Assembly: GCA_963797095.1 (NCBI GenBank)
Contig: CAWCNY010000003.1
Span: forward strand, 736,001-800,000
Length of the DNA stretch: 64,000 nucleotides
Direction of reading: 5' to 3'
Origin: an uncultured Chloroflexia bacterium
Lineage (GTDB): Bacteria; Chloroflexota; Chloroflexia; QHBQ01; JADMIH01
Part shown: one piece after another, positions 9,760-20,073 of the stretch
Layout: every line of letters begins with the position of its first letter
How positions within the stretch are numbered: the first letter of the stretch is position 1
Position numbers and translations under genes: made by a program
The notes under the pieces: model-generated
Told to the model about the DNA's origin: nothing
Seen by the model: only the letters and a program-made list of their open reading frames with translations
Databases searched by the model: none

Positions 9760-10041
9760 ATGCAGGATTGCCTGATCGCGCTTAACGGGAGAAACCAATC
9801 AATCATTGCGGGCACAGATGTAACCGTTGCCTATATCCTGGAGAGACTAAGTTCGGGAGATAGCATCGACGATATTTGTCGCGACAAAAGACTCACCCCA
9901 GAGCAGGTACGAGCAGCCGTCTTGTTTGCTGAGTTGGATATACCCCATTACGCCCTCGACAGGATACTTCATCCCGAATTGAACCCGTCCGCGCCGGATC
10001 GAGAATTGGATTACAGCCTGCTTAGCGCGTATATGTCTTGA
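9760..10041 (+). CDS. DUF433 domain protein (antitoxin-like)
   Basis: IIAGTDVTVAYILERLSSGDSIDDI...LTPEQVRAAV pattern; AGGAG RBS. Confidence 0.75.
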   Translation: MQDCLIALNGRNQSIIAGTDVTVAYILERLSSGDSIDDICRDKRLTPEQVRAAVLFAELDIPHYALDRILHPELNPSAPDRELDYSLLSAYMS

Positions 10042-10192
10042 GGTCGCTGCCATAAAGCAGCGTGAGATCGCCAGCCATATAAGAAGCGGTCCTGCGAGAG
10101 ATCGGTGAATCGGGCGGTGGTTTGACCTTCCCGTTGTCCGCACCGGTTGCGGTACGCATGTGCTCCCAATCAAATAACAAGCAGCCAGAGAG

Positions 10193-11110
10193 GTGAGTGA
10201 CATGACAGCGCACATCCTGGTACCCTTGGACGGCTCTGCGCTGGCAGAAAGCATACTCTCGCTGGATGTCGCGCTGGCCCGCCTGACGTCCAGCGGAATT
10301 ACCCTGCTGATGGCCGTGCCCCCGCCGCAATCGACCCAATCTTCTCCTGAGAAGGCCTCTACCCCGAAGGATCTGGTCGAGGCACAAGCTTACCTGAATA
10401 ACATCGTGAAGCGTCTCGAAGAAACCGGCCTGCAGGTGCACACCGAGATAATAGAAGGTTCACCCACCACCGCCATCACAGAATATGCCGAGCAAGACCC
10501 CGGCGTGTGGCTGGTATCGCTGGCAATTCGCAGGCACGAACGGCCCAGGGCATGGGCGTTGGGGAGTGTTATAGAGCGGGTACTTCACACGGCATCCAAA
10601 CCGGTCTTGCTTACCCGCCCAACAATAGAAGAAACAGGCAAGCTGGTATTCGAAGAACCGGTCCTGCACATCATCATCGTGCCGCTCGATGGCTCGAAAT
10701 TCGCTGAAGAAGCGCTGCTCGTAGCCGGCCGCCTGGCCGACATCACGGGTGCCATCCTGACGCTTGTCACCGTGATCCCGCCGGGCAACAACTCAGCAAT
10801 CGATCAGGGGGAGTTTTCGCGTATGTCGTCGGACATGGCTCGCGGGCGCGAGATGCGGCGTGTGTTACGCTACCTGAATAGCGTCGCCGAGCGTTTGCAG
10901 GCCGAAGGGCTTGAAGTGAACACCGAACTGGTGTATGGCCACCCGGCTGAGATGATTCTCCTGACCGCCCGCCGGCTACACGGCGACATGATCGTGATGG
11001 CGGCTCACGGCCGCAGAGACCGCGAGCGCGTCTGGTTGGGAGGTATCGCTCAAAAGGTGGTACAGGGTTCGGCCTTGCCCGTGCTACTTATAAGGGAGAG
11101 CGAGCACTGA
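10193..11110 (+). CDS. Tandem universal stress protein
   Basis: Two ILVPLDGS...AE repeats, GHPAEMIL, DMIVMAAHGR, LGSV/LGGI...PVLL. Confidence 0.9.
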   Translation: MSDMTAHILVPLDGSALAESILSLDVALARLTSSGITLLMAVPPPQSTQSSPEKASTPKDLVEAQAYLNNIVKRLEETGLQVHTEIIEGSPTTAITEYAEQDPGVWLVSLAIRRHERPRAWALGSVIERVLHTASKPVLLTRPTIEETGKLVFEEPVLHIIIVPLDGSKFAEEALLVAGRLADITGAILTLVTVIPPGNNSAIDQGEFSRMSSDMARGREMRRVLRYLNSVAERLQAEGLEVNTELVYGHPAEMILLTARRLHGDMIVMAAHGRRDRERVWLGGIAQKVVQGSALPVLLIRESEH

Positions 11111-13235
11111 CGCGTAACCGTGCATCAACAGCCAACGCGCCCTCTCCCTGCGCCATAACGATGAGCGGGTTGACCTCTATCTCTTGAATTTCCGGCCGGT
11201 CAAGGGCGATCTGAGCCAGGCGCAGGATCACGTTCGCGGCGGCACTACGGTCGGCGGGCGTTGCTCCCCGAAATCCGTCCAGCAGGCGGCCTGCAGGGGT
11301 GCGATCCAGAAGGTCATTAGCCTGTTTGGCCGTTAAAGGGGCAAGCTCGAAAGCCACGTTGCGCCTCAACTCAACCTCAGTACCGCCGATACCGGCCATC
11401 ACAAGCGGGCCGAACTGAGGATCGCGTGTGACGCCGACGATTAGCTCGGCCAATCCCTTCACCATTCGCTGAACATGCGCGCCCTGTATGGCAAGCCCAT
11501 TCACGTTGGACCTGGCACTTTGCATCATGGCCTCATAGGCGCTCCGAAGCTGTTCAGGTGTTTGAATGTTCAGGACCACCCCACCGACGTCTGTTTTGTG
11601 CGTCACGCCCGAAGCCGCCAGCTTAAGCACCACAGGGTAACCGATCTTCTCGGCCAGGACCACCGCGCCCTCGGCGTCCATCGCAAGGCCACTCCCTGGC
11701 ACCGGGATATGGTAGGCGGCCATTAGCGCTTCTACGGATTCGGGCGAAGCCCACCCACTTGTATTGGCCAGGGTTGCCTCGATGGCCCTCTGTGCGATCT
11801 CGGAATTGACATCCTCAAGAGGGGCTGGAGGCGCTTGAGTCTCAAGCTCGTCAAGCCATTGTTTGCGAGCCCACATCGCGCCCAGGGTGCTCCCGACACG
11901 TTCGGGGAAGGCGTAGTTAGGCACATGGCGGCGGTGCAGTATCTGTGTGGCCTCGCTGGTGGAGGCGAGGCCCATGATGACGGTGAGGATAGGCTTCCTA
12001 TGGGCCGACGGGCGATTCGCCACCTCTCCCGCGACCTCCGCCAGGCTCACAGGCTTGAACCAATCCTGTGGGGCCTGGATTACCACCACGGCATCCACCG
12101 TTTCATCGGCAAGGAGCGCATCCAGGCAGAGAGCGTAGGTTGCCGGACCTGCCCCCGCGAGAATATCAACTGGGTTCTCGACGCTGGCGGCGGCGAATAC
12201 CCGCTGTCGCAGGAAGGCTTTGGTGTCGCCGGTGAGGGGCGCAAGCTGCATCCCCGCCTGTTCAAGCGCGTCGGTGGCGAGGATGGCCGGTCCCCCGGCA
12301 TTGGTGAGGATCGCCACCCGGCTGCCCTTGGGCAGCGGCTGCCACGCCAGCGCCCGGCTGCAATCCACCAACTCTTCCATCGTGTTCGCCCACAGCACCC
12401 CCGCCCTCCTGAACGCGGCCTGGTAGGCGGTGAGGTCGCCCGCCAGCGCGCCTGTGTGGCTGGCGGCTGCCTTGGTGCCGCTTGCTCCGCGTCCTGCCTT
12501 GAGGAAGACGACAGGCAGCTTGCGCGCGGCCTGTTCGGCCGCCTCTATGAAGGCGCGCCCGCTGTCTACTCCCTCCATATAGCCCATGATCACGCGGGTG
12601 TGGTTATCGAGGCCGATCTGCCCGAGCATCTCGGCGGTGCTCACATCCACCTGGTTGCCCAGGCTGACGATCCGGCTGAAGCCAACCCCTGAGCCTACAG
12701 CCCAGTCCATGACAGCGGCGGCCATAGCCCCCGACTGCGACACGAAAGCTATGTCGCCGGGGCGCGGCATTCCTGTCACAAAGGTCGTGTTGAGGGGGGT
12801 GTGAGCGTCAATGGTGCCGATGCAATTCGGGCCAATGACTCGAATACCGTACTTGTCGGCTATACGCTTGATTTCGCGCTCGCGTTCCGCGCCCACCCCA
12901 CCATCGCTCGCGCCCATCTCGCGGAAACCACCGCTGACGACGATGGCACCCTTTATACCACGCTTGCCGCAGGCCTCCATCTGCATAGCGACGGCCTGCG
13001 CCGGCACAACTATTACAGCCAGATCTACAGGATCGGGCACGTCTGCAATGCTTGGATAAGCCTTATAGCCCAGGATTTCATCTTCGTGCGAGTTTACCGG
13101 GTAGATCGGACCCTCGTAGCGGACACTACGGAGGTTGCGCACAACTCCATGGCCGAGTTTCTCCTCATCATTGGAAGCACCGATCACGGCGACGCCGTTT
13201 GGCCGGAAGAATACCGAGAGATCAGATTCGGGCAT
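11088..13235 (-). CDS. ADP-forming acetate/acyl-CoA ligase (CoA-binding + ligase + ATP-grasp)
   Basis: VAVIGAS, GPNCIG, SQSG, SLGN, phospho-His ASHTGAL, HKTDVGGV, DPQFGP, EVNPL. Confidence 0.9.
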   Translation of the reverse strand: MPESDLSVFFRPNGVAVIGASNDEEKLGHGVVRNLRSVRYEGPIYPVNSHEDEILGYKAYPSIADVPDPVDLAVIVVPAQAVAMQMEACGKRGIKGAIVVSGGFREMGASDGGVGAEREREIKRIADKYGIRVIGPNCIGTIDAHTPLNTTFVTGMPRPGDIAFVSQSGAMAAAVMDWAVGSGVGFSRIVSLGNQVDVSTAEMLGQIGLDNHTRVIMGYMEGVDSGRAFIEAAEQAARKLPVVFLKAGRGASGTKAAASHTGALAGDLTAYQAAFRRAGVLWANTMEELVDCSRALAWQPLPKGSRVAILTNAGGPAILATDALEQAGMQLAPLTGDTKAFLRQRVFAAASVENPVDILAGAGPATYALCLDALLADETVDAVVVIQAPQDWFKPVSLAEVAGEVANRPSAHRKPILTVIMGLASTSEATQILHRRHVPNYAFPERVGSTLGAMWARKQWLDELETQAPPAPLEDVNSEIAQRAIEATLANTSGWASPESVEALMAAYHIPVPGSGLAMDAEGAVVLAEKIGYPVVLKLAASGVTHKTDVGGVVLNIQTPEQLRSAYEAMMQSARSNVNGLAIQGAHVQRMVKGLAELIVGVTRDPQFGPLVMAGIGGTEVELRRNVAFELAPLTAKQANDLLDRTPAGRLLDGFRGATPADRSAAANVILRLAQIALDRPEIQEIEVNPLIVMAQGEGALAVDARLRVSARSPL

Positions 13236-13507
13236 AATGTTCTCTTATAGAAGGATCGGCACTGTTCAATATAAGTGCCTGTCCCGCACCGGGCATAATC
13301 TGCCCAAAAGATGGCAATACCGGTAAAGACATAGCAAGTCAAGCGCATCCATACCGACATATCGGCACCTTGAGAGCTATCGCCATCATCAGTATAACAC
13401 CAACGGATCGATCGTTGCATATTCGTAAGGGGTCGAACAGGGTGCTATACTTTATCCTACAAAGCATGTTTGAGCGTGAGATCTTACATACGCCAGGGGA
13501 ATGAGTT

Positions 13508-15037
13508 TTGAACGCATTTATTGGCAATGGCAAGCCGTCAGATCGCTACATCCTGGCCCTCGACCAGGGCACTACCAGCTCGCGCGCCATCGTATTCGAC
13601 CATGATGGGCAAGTAGTTGGTGCGCGCAACCGCGAGTTCCCGCAGATATTCCCCCGTCCGGGCTGGGTAGAGCACAACCCTGAGGATATCTGGGCGAGCC
13701 AGCTTGAGGTGGCGAAAGAGGTGTTGCGCGATTGCAGGCTGAGCGCGAATGACATAGCCGCCATAGGGATCACGAACCAGCGAGAAACAACCCTGGTGTG
13801 GGACAGAAACACCGGACAGCCGGTCTGTAACGCCATCGTATGGCAAGATCGCAGGACAGCCGGACTGTGCGATGCTCTTAAGGAGAGGGGTTGGAGCCGG
13901 CGGATCCAGGAGAAGACCGGGCTTGTGATCGACCCCTATTTCAGCGGCACCAAACTCAAGTGGATACTGGAAAACGTGCCGGGCGCGGCCCAGAAAGCCG
14001 CTTCGGGCGATCTGTTGTTCGGTACCGTCGACACGTTCCTGGTGTGGAGGCTGACCGAGGGCGAAGTCTACATTACCGACCTCTCGAACGCCTCACGTAC
14101 CATGCTTTACAACATCAACGAATTGAGATGGGACGACGAAATCCTGGCCGAACTGGGGATAGCTGCCTCGATGCTTCCCACCGTGCTGCCCAGCAGCGCG
14201 AGCGAGGTGTATGGCTATTCGTCGGAGCGATTGTTGGGAGGCAAGATACCCATCGCTGGCATAGCGGGCGACCAGCAGGCGGCAACGTTTGGGCAGGCTT
14301 GCTATACCCCCGGCATGGCGAAGAACACCTATGGCACAGGCTGCTTCATGTTGATGAACACCGGGCAAGCACCCCGGTTGAGCAAGCACAACCTGCTGGC
14401 GACCATCGGCTGGGGCATAAACGGCCAGACCACATACTGCCTGGAGGGATCGGTATTCAGCGCGGGAGCGGCCATACAGTACCTGCGCGATAGCCTGCAA
14501 ATAATCAATAGCGCGGCTCAGAGCGAGGAGATCGCTACTTCTGTTGAGAGCAGCGCCGGGGTCTATTTCGTGCCTGCTTTTGCCGGGATGGGCGCGCCAT
14601 ACTGGGACCCCTACGCGAGGGGCGCGATCCTGGGGTTGACACGAGGCAGTGGCCGTGCCGAGATCGTGCGAGCCACGCTCGAATCGGTCGCTTACCAAAC
14701 GCGCGACGTGCTTGAGGCGATGGTTGCCGACAGCGGCACAGACCTGAAAGAGCTACGTGTAGACGGCGGAATGGTCGCCAATAACTTCTTGATGCAATTC
14801 CAGGCCGATATTCTGGGCGTGCAGGTCGTGCGCCCCCAGGTCACTGAAACTACCGCCCTCGGCGCTGCCTACCTGGCCGGATTAGCCGTCGGCTACTGGC
14901 AGAACCTGGAAGAGATCGCCCGCAACTGGTCGGTCGAGCGAGTATTCGAGCCAACCATAGACGAAGCCCGAAGGGACGAGCTTTACCACGGCTGGGGTCG
15001 TGCAGTGGAGCGAGCGCTCCGCTGGAGCAGCGAGTGA
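13508..15037 (+). CDS. glpK: Glycerol kinase
   Basis: [59 protein letters not shown]. Confidence 0.97.
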   Translation: MNAFIGNGKPSDRYILALDQGTTSSRAIVFDHDGQVVGARNREFPQIFPRPGWVEHNPEDIWASQLEVAKEVLRDCRLSANDIAAIGITNQRETTLVWDRNTGQPVCNAIVWQDRRTAGLCDALKERGWSRRIQEKTGLVIDPYFSGTKLKWILENVPGAAQKAASGDLLFGTVDTFLVWRLTEGEVYITDLSNASRTMLYNINELRWDDEILAELGIAASMLPTVLPSSASEVYGYSSERLLGGKIPIAGIAGDQQAATFGQACYTPGMAKNTYGTGCFMLMNTGQAPRLSKHNLLATIGWGINGQTTYCLEGSVFSAGAAIQYLRDSLQIINSAAQSEEIATSVESSAGVYFVPAFAGMGAPYWDPYARGAILGLTRGSGRAEIVRATLESVAYQTRDVLEAMVADSGTDLKELRVDGGMVANNFLMQFQADILGVQVVRPQVTETTALGAAYLAGLAVGYWQNLEEIARNWSVERVFEPTIDEARRDELYHGWGRAVERALRWSSE

Positions 15038-15062
15038 CGAGTGACCAACTGCTACCTTCTCG

Positions 15063-18000
15063 TCACTCGCCACCCGTCACTCGCCACTCGTCATTCTTCA
15101 CATCCTCATAGATCCGCGTGGTGCTGGGGAGCGGTTCTATATCCAGGTATTCGCGTAGATTCCGCACGCAACGCTCATAAGTCGCCAGCGCCATCCGCCT
15201 CTGCCCTTGCCGGGCGTAGGCGCGCATCAGGACACAATAAGCGTCCTCCCAACCGGGGTCGCGGACCAGCACCGATTCGCAGAGGCGAATTGCTTCAGTC
15301 AACTCATTCCTGCCGAGTAATGCTTCGGCCAGCAAGGTCGCCGCCTCCATGTACCGTGCTTCCAGGCGCTCGCGCTCGTCGCGGGCCCAATCTTCGTACA
15401 GCCAATCGCTCAGGTACGCCCCTTGATGTAGCTCTACTGCCCTCTCCAACTCCTCGTAATAAGCCCAGGCTCGATCTGCGCCATCTGAGTTGGCTTCATC
15501 CCGAATTCCGTATTCCGTGTTCCGCACTCGCAATGCCCTGGCGCTGTCCAGCCTGGCCTCGAACTCCTCCACGTCTAGCCACACCCCACCGGGCGGGCAG
15601 AAGCGGTAGGCCCCGCCCTGCCTGCGCACGTAGAAGGGCGGCGTGCGGGGCGGGCGCAACGGCTCAAGGGCGGCGTTGAGGCCGTTAAGAGTCACCTTGA
15701 ACTGCGCCTCGGTCTCCGATTGCCCTTCTTCGGGCCACAGCATGTCGCAGATCTGCTCACGCAGGAGCCATCGCTCGCGGTTAGTGACCAGCAGTGCAAG
15801 CATCTGCTGTGCTTTCTTGCGCTGCCATTCGTGCGGCCCAAGCTCCTCGCTGCCGCGCCAAACGCGCAAAGGGCCAAGCGTTTGGATCTTCAGGGTCACG
15901 CCGGGGTTGTACGTTTGTGTGGCATCATCGGCGGCAACAGCGGGAAAGGCCCGGTTGAGGAGCGCTTGCGCTTCCACGCGCCACCTGGGGTGCTCGCGGG
16001 CAGCCAGCAGCACGGGCACAAGCATCATCTGGTCTCGCGGGCCGAACAGCGTTCGGTTACTCAGCAGACCCCTATATCCGTGGCGCTGTGCAAGCTCGAA
16101 CGCCTGGATCGCAAAGAGCGCGGCCTGTTTCGGGTCGCCTTTGCGATAGTACCTGATAGATCTCCAGAGATGCACCACCGCCTGGCCATACGTATCCCTG
16201 CCCGCCCGGTACCGCTTGAGAGCTTCGTCCAGATAGCCCTCTGCATCCGGAGCGCCGTTGGCCGTAGCTACCGCCCCCAGGGCAGTCCACAGTTGAGCGG
16301 CGGTCCATTCGTCGCCGCTGCGCTCCACTATAGACAGACCTTCGCGGGCAGCGTCCTGCGCGGCGGCAAGGTCGCCCCGAAAGCCATGCAGCAACGCCAA
16401 CCCCAGGTAGGCCTCTGCTTTGGGGTGCTGGACATGGAGGCTATCGGCGAGCACCATGGCCTGAAGGTAATGCTCGTTTATCGCTCTGTATTCGTCCGGA
16501 TGCGCCGGTTGCGTAGCGTGGCCTGCACAGATGCGCGCTTCAGCCTCGAACAGGATGGAACCAAGGCGGCGCGATGCATCAAGGCCCGCCTGCGCGTAAC
16601 TCAGGGCGCTAGCGGGATCGCCCTCCATGATGCCTACCAGCGACAGGAGCAGAGTGACCTCACGATGGGCTTCGAACGGACGGTTCCCCGGTAACGATTC
16701 GTGTTCCCGATCCATTTCCGCTTGAAGTTTGGAGCGGGCCTCGGCCAGGCGTCCCAGTCGCACCAAAGCTCTAGCCTCAATCCTGGACGCTTGCGATGTG
16801 TCGCGCTGGCCGAAATCGAGCAGGCGCAACGCCTGGTCGGCTCTGCCCCGGTTGAGGCGATTCTCAGCGATCAGGACGAGCAATTCGGTTCGTGCGGCTT
16901 GCTCGGCCTGTGGCAGCATCCTGAAGGCCTGCCTCAGTAAAGACTCCGCCGGTGCGGGCTGCACCGTGTCGATGTACACCATGGCCTGGCCTTTGAGGGC
17001 TAGAGCTTGGCCTGTTGGATCTCCTTGTGCCTGGTAGATCCTGGCCGCTTGCTCGTAGGCCCGCCGGGCGCTGTCAAAGCGCGCCAGCAGGCGTGCGGCA
17101 TCCCCACGGGCGATCAGAAGTTGAGGGTGGGCTTTGATCTCATCTGCGGGAATCTGATCTATCCATGAGAGCACAGTCATCAAACGGCCACTTCCCAGCC
17201 AGGATGGCGTCCAGTGCTCAAGCTCAAGGGCTGCGCCCTTTACGTCGCCTGTTGCCAGCAGGTGATACATGACCTGTTCGCCTGAGCGTATTTCTCTGTA
17301 GTACTCCGCTGCCTGAGTGTGCAGGGCGTCCCATTCGGGGAGCGTCGCCGCTGCATGCTCTTGAAGGAAAGCATGGAACAGCGGGTGATAGCGGTATGCG
17401 CCACTACCCGACGCCGTCAGGAACAGCCCCTGGCGGTAGAGCGCCTCCAGTTGTGACGCGGAGTCATTGGTCCCTAACACGCGGTCGCAGGCGGCAGGCT
17501 CCAACTCCGACAACACTGACGAGCGCAGCAGGAAGGTTCGGATCTTCGCGGGCTGGCGGGCAAGTACCTCCCGTGCAAGATAGGCAAATAGGGCGTCCCT
17601 GCTCCGGGCTCCAAGAACCGACCCCTCGCTATCAGCCTGCTGTGTGTCAACGCTTGCCTGCTTGCTCTGCCAGACGAGTTGGAGCGCAATCGCCCAACCG
17701 CCCGTCTGCTCGCTGACCTGGGGCGCTTCTTCCTCAGCCAGCCCCTGGCCGTAAACCGAGGTGAATAGCCGGGAGGTCTCGTCCACGGTGAAGGCGAGCT
17801 GCTCCTCCCCAATCTCAAGCAACTCCCCACGGATTCGCAGGGTAGGCAAGCAGTCCAGTTGGGGACGGCGGCGCGTGGACAATACAATGTGCAGCAACGG
17901 TGGTAGGGTTTCGATAAGGCGCTCGATCAAGGCGCGAATATCCGGGTGCTCACCAACCTTGTGGTAATCGTCGAGCACCAGGATCGTTTCGCGGTCGAGC

Positions 18001-18389
18001 GCCGGAACAAGGTCGTTGACCAGTGAGTCCAACGCGTGGCCCCACACCTGTTGCCCGCTGCCCCCATGCTGCAATATGGCGAGAGCGTTGCTGCCCGCTT
18101 CGGCGCTCGCCGCGAGACTCCGGCACGCGTGAACGAGGTGCACAAGAAACACCACCGGGTCATCGCACGCCATCTCGCCAACGGTATACCAGATGGTGGG
18201 GTAGCGGTCCTGTGCGGCAAAGGCGGCCAGCGCCGTGCTCTTGCCATAGCCCGCGCTTGCACTAACCACCGTCAGAGGATATTCGACAACGCTGGAGAGG
18301 AGATTGTCTAGCCGGTCACGTGCCAGCCAGCGCCGAGGCAGCCGAGGAGGCAGGAGCAGAGAACGAATCAGAATATCATCGCCATACAT
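15063..18389 (-). CDS. MalT-like STAND ATPase-TPR activator with C-terminal SARP wHTH/BTAD
   Basis: ASAGYGKST Walker A, LVLDDYH, YRYHPLF; C-terminal TLGPLRV...WQRKKA...LWPE...LDVEEFE...EDAY..LMRAY. Confidence 0.9.
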   Translation of the reverse strand: MYGDDILIRSLLLPPRLPRRWLARDRLDNLLSSVVEYPLTVVSASAGYGKSTALAAFAAQDRYPTIWYTVGEMACDDPVVFLVHLVHACRSLAASAEAGSNALAILQHGGSGQQVWGHALDSLVNDLVPALDRETILVLDDYHKVGEHPDIRALIERLIETLPPLLHIVLSTRRRPQLDCLPTLRIRGELLEIGEEQLAFTVDETSRLFTSVYGQGLAEEEAPQVSEQTGGWAIALQLVWQSKQASVDTQQADSEGSVLGARSRDALFAYLAREVLARQPAKIRTFLLRSSVLSELEPAACDRVLGTNDSASQLEALYRQGLFLTASGSGAYRYHPLFHAFLQEHAAATLPEWDALHTQAAEYYREIRSGEQVMYHLLATGDVKGAALELEHWTPSWLGSGRLMTVLSWIDQIPADEIKAHPQLLIARGDAARLLARFDSARRAYEQAARIYQAQGDPTGQALALKGQAMVYIDTVQPAPAESLLRQAFRMLPQAEQAARTELLVLIAENRLNRGRADQALRLLDFGQRDTSQASRIEARALVRLGRLAEARSKLQAEMDREHESLPGNRPFEAHREVTLLLSLVGIMEGDPASALSYAQAGLDASRRLGSILFEAEARICAGHATQPAHPDEYRAINEHYLQAMVLADSLHVQHPKAEAYLGLALLHGFRGDLAAAQDAAREGLSIVERSGDEWTAAQLWTALGAVATANGAPDAEGYLDEALKRYRAGRDTYGQAVVHLWRSIRYYRKGDPKQAALFAIQAFELAQRHGYRGLLSNRTLFGPRDQMMLVPVLLAAREHPRWRVEAQALLNRAFPAVAADDATQTYNPGVTLKIQTLGPLRVWRGSEELGPHEWQRKKAQQMLALLVTNRERWLLREQICDMLWPEEGQSETEAQFKVTLNGLNAALEPLRPPRTPPFYVRRQGGAYRFCPPGGVWLDVEEFEARLDSARALRVRNTEYGIRDEANSDGADRAWAYYEELERAVELHQGAYLSDWLYEDWARDERERLEARYMEAATLLAEALLGRNELTEAIRLCESVLVRDPGWEDAYCVLMRAYARQGQRRMALATYERCVRNLREYLDIEPLPSTTRIYEDVKNDEWRVTGGE

Positions 18390-18493
18390 GGCATCGTGCT
18401 CCCGATAACCTTTACACTACGAGTTTATCAGAGGCTCCACCGGTTGTCAAAAGCTGAACTGATTTGTAACTGCCATCGGGTAACCTGAACGAG

Positions 18494-18874
18494 GTGGATA
18501 GGATACATAATCCGCAGGATGGAATAATGCCAGGAACCGACCAGACAACGGACTACCCTAAGCTCGACATCTATTTCATGCCGCAGCAATTGATGCTGCA
18601 AGCCTTCCAGGACTGGCAGCAGATTGTCAACCGGTACGCGCAGGACCTGCTGAGTAACCCGCAATTGCTGGACACCGGCGGAAAGACCCTGGAGAGCCTT
18701 GCGCAACTCAAGCGCCAGGCGGATCAGGCTATGGAAATGGCTCTCTCCTCCATGCACATCCCTACGCGAAGCGATATAGACCTGCTTCTTCAAAAGCTCA
18801 GCACACTGGAGAACCTCGTGCGCGACCTGAGCGATAAGGTGGACCAGGCGCTGGAGAAGGAGCTGGCGCTGTAA
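18494..18874 (+). CDS. PHA synthase partner subunit (PhaR class IV / PhaE-like), copy 1; start may be 18528
   Basis: IPTRSDIDLLLQKLSTLENLV coiled-coil motif; TAATG coupling to the downstream phaC-like gene. Confidence 0.65.
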   Translation: MDRIHNPQDGIMPGTDQTTDYPKLDIYFMPQQLMLQAFQDWQQIVNRYAQDLLSNPQLLDTGGKTLESLAQLKRQADQAMEMALSSMHIPTRSDIDLLLQKLSTLENLVRDLSDKVDQALEKELAL

Positions 18875-19896
18875 TGGCCGCGAGCTTCGACGCCGCGTTC
18901 AGGGAGATGTTGGAAGCCAGGTCCGCTTCGGTCGGACATACTCCCGCTGAGGTTGTGTACGCAGAGAACAAACTGCGCCTGCTCCACTACATGCCTGTGG
19001 TTGAGCAACTCGCGCCTGTGCCTTTGCTGATCGTGCCGTCGCTCCTCTACCGCTACTCGATCCTCGATCTCATGCCGGGCGCGAGCCTTGTCGCCTACCT
19101 TGTGGAGCATGGGATCGATGTCTACCTGCTCGACTGGGGCACGCCCGGACGCGAAGACCGCTACGTGACCTTCGACCAGTACATCAGCGGCTACTTGCGC
19201 CGCATAGTGCATCGTGTCCGGAGGTTTGCCCAGCAAGACCAGGTCAATCTACTGGGCTATGGGCTTGGCGGCACGCTGACCGCTATCTTCACCGCCCTCT
19301 TTGGGCGATACGTCGCCAACCTGGTGCAATTGGTGGCCCCGGTCAACTTCCATGACGAAGGTCTCATGTCACAGTGGACCCGCAAAGGCCGTTTCAACGT
19401 TGACCTCGTAGTGGATACGCTTGGCAGTATGCCGGTCGACCTGATGCGCGCCAGTTTCCGCATGCTCAAGCCCTCCACACAGATCGTGCAGAAGATAGCC
19501 CTGGCTACCCGCTTCGGCGACATGGATGGCGTCCAGGACTTCATGGCGCTGCAAAGCTGGCTGACCGACGATATGCCATACCTGGGGGAAGCCTATCGAA
19601 AATACATCAAGGACTGCTACCAGCAGAACTACCTAGTGCAAGGCAAGCTTCTCATAGATGGCGAGCGCGTGGATCTGTCGCGGGTCGCTTGCCCTGTGCT
19701 TACTATCGTAGCTTCCGGCGATCCCATTTGCCCACCTGCCTCGGCTGCTGTGCTGAACGATCTTGTTTCCAGCACGGATAAACAATTGCTCGAACTTCCA
19801 GGTGGGCATATCAGCGCGATAGCCGGGCGAAATGCGGCCCTGCATCTGTGGCCCAAACTTACAGAGTGGCTGCTTGCTCGCTCCCAAAGCGAGTAG
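18874..19896 (+). CDS. PhaC class III/IV-like protein, copy 1, catalytic Cys replaced by Gly
   Basis: TPAEVV, PLLIVPSL..RYSILDL, DVYLLDWG; lipase box GYGLGG; Asp (GDPI) and His (GGHI) retained. Confidence 0.85.
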   Translation: MAASFDAAFREMLEARSASVGHTPAEVVYAENKLRLLHYMPVVEQLAPVPLLIVPSLLYRYSILDLMPGASLVAYLVEHGIDVYLLDWGTPGREDRYVTFDQYISGYLRRIVHRVRRFAQQDQVNLLGYGLGGTLTAIFTALFGRYVANLVQLVAPVNFHDEGLMSQWTRKGRFNVDLVVDTLGSMPVDLMRASFRMLKPSTQIVQKIALATRFGDMDGVQDFMALQSWLTDDMPYLGEAYRKYIKDCYQQNYLVQGKLLIDGERVDLSRVACPVLTIVASGDPICPPASAAVLNDLVSSTDKQLLELPGGHISAIAGRNAALHLWPKLTEWLLARSQSE

Positions 19897-20073
19897 CCCA
19901 GAAAGGACCAAACTTTTACCCATTTTTGCAATATTCACCCATTTGTAACCCAGGTCAACCGGACTCTACACGCTCCTTTGCTACAGTTATCTTGAAATGC
20001 CCTGCAAGAGTTCGGTGCAGTAGCGCTCCGGTTGACTTGATGTTTTCAATAGCAACGAACAAGGAGGTTCGGG

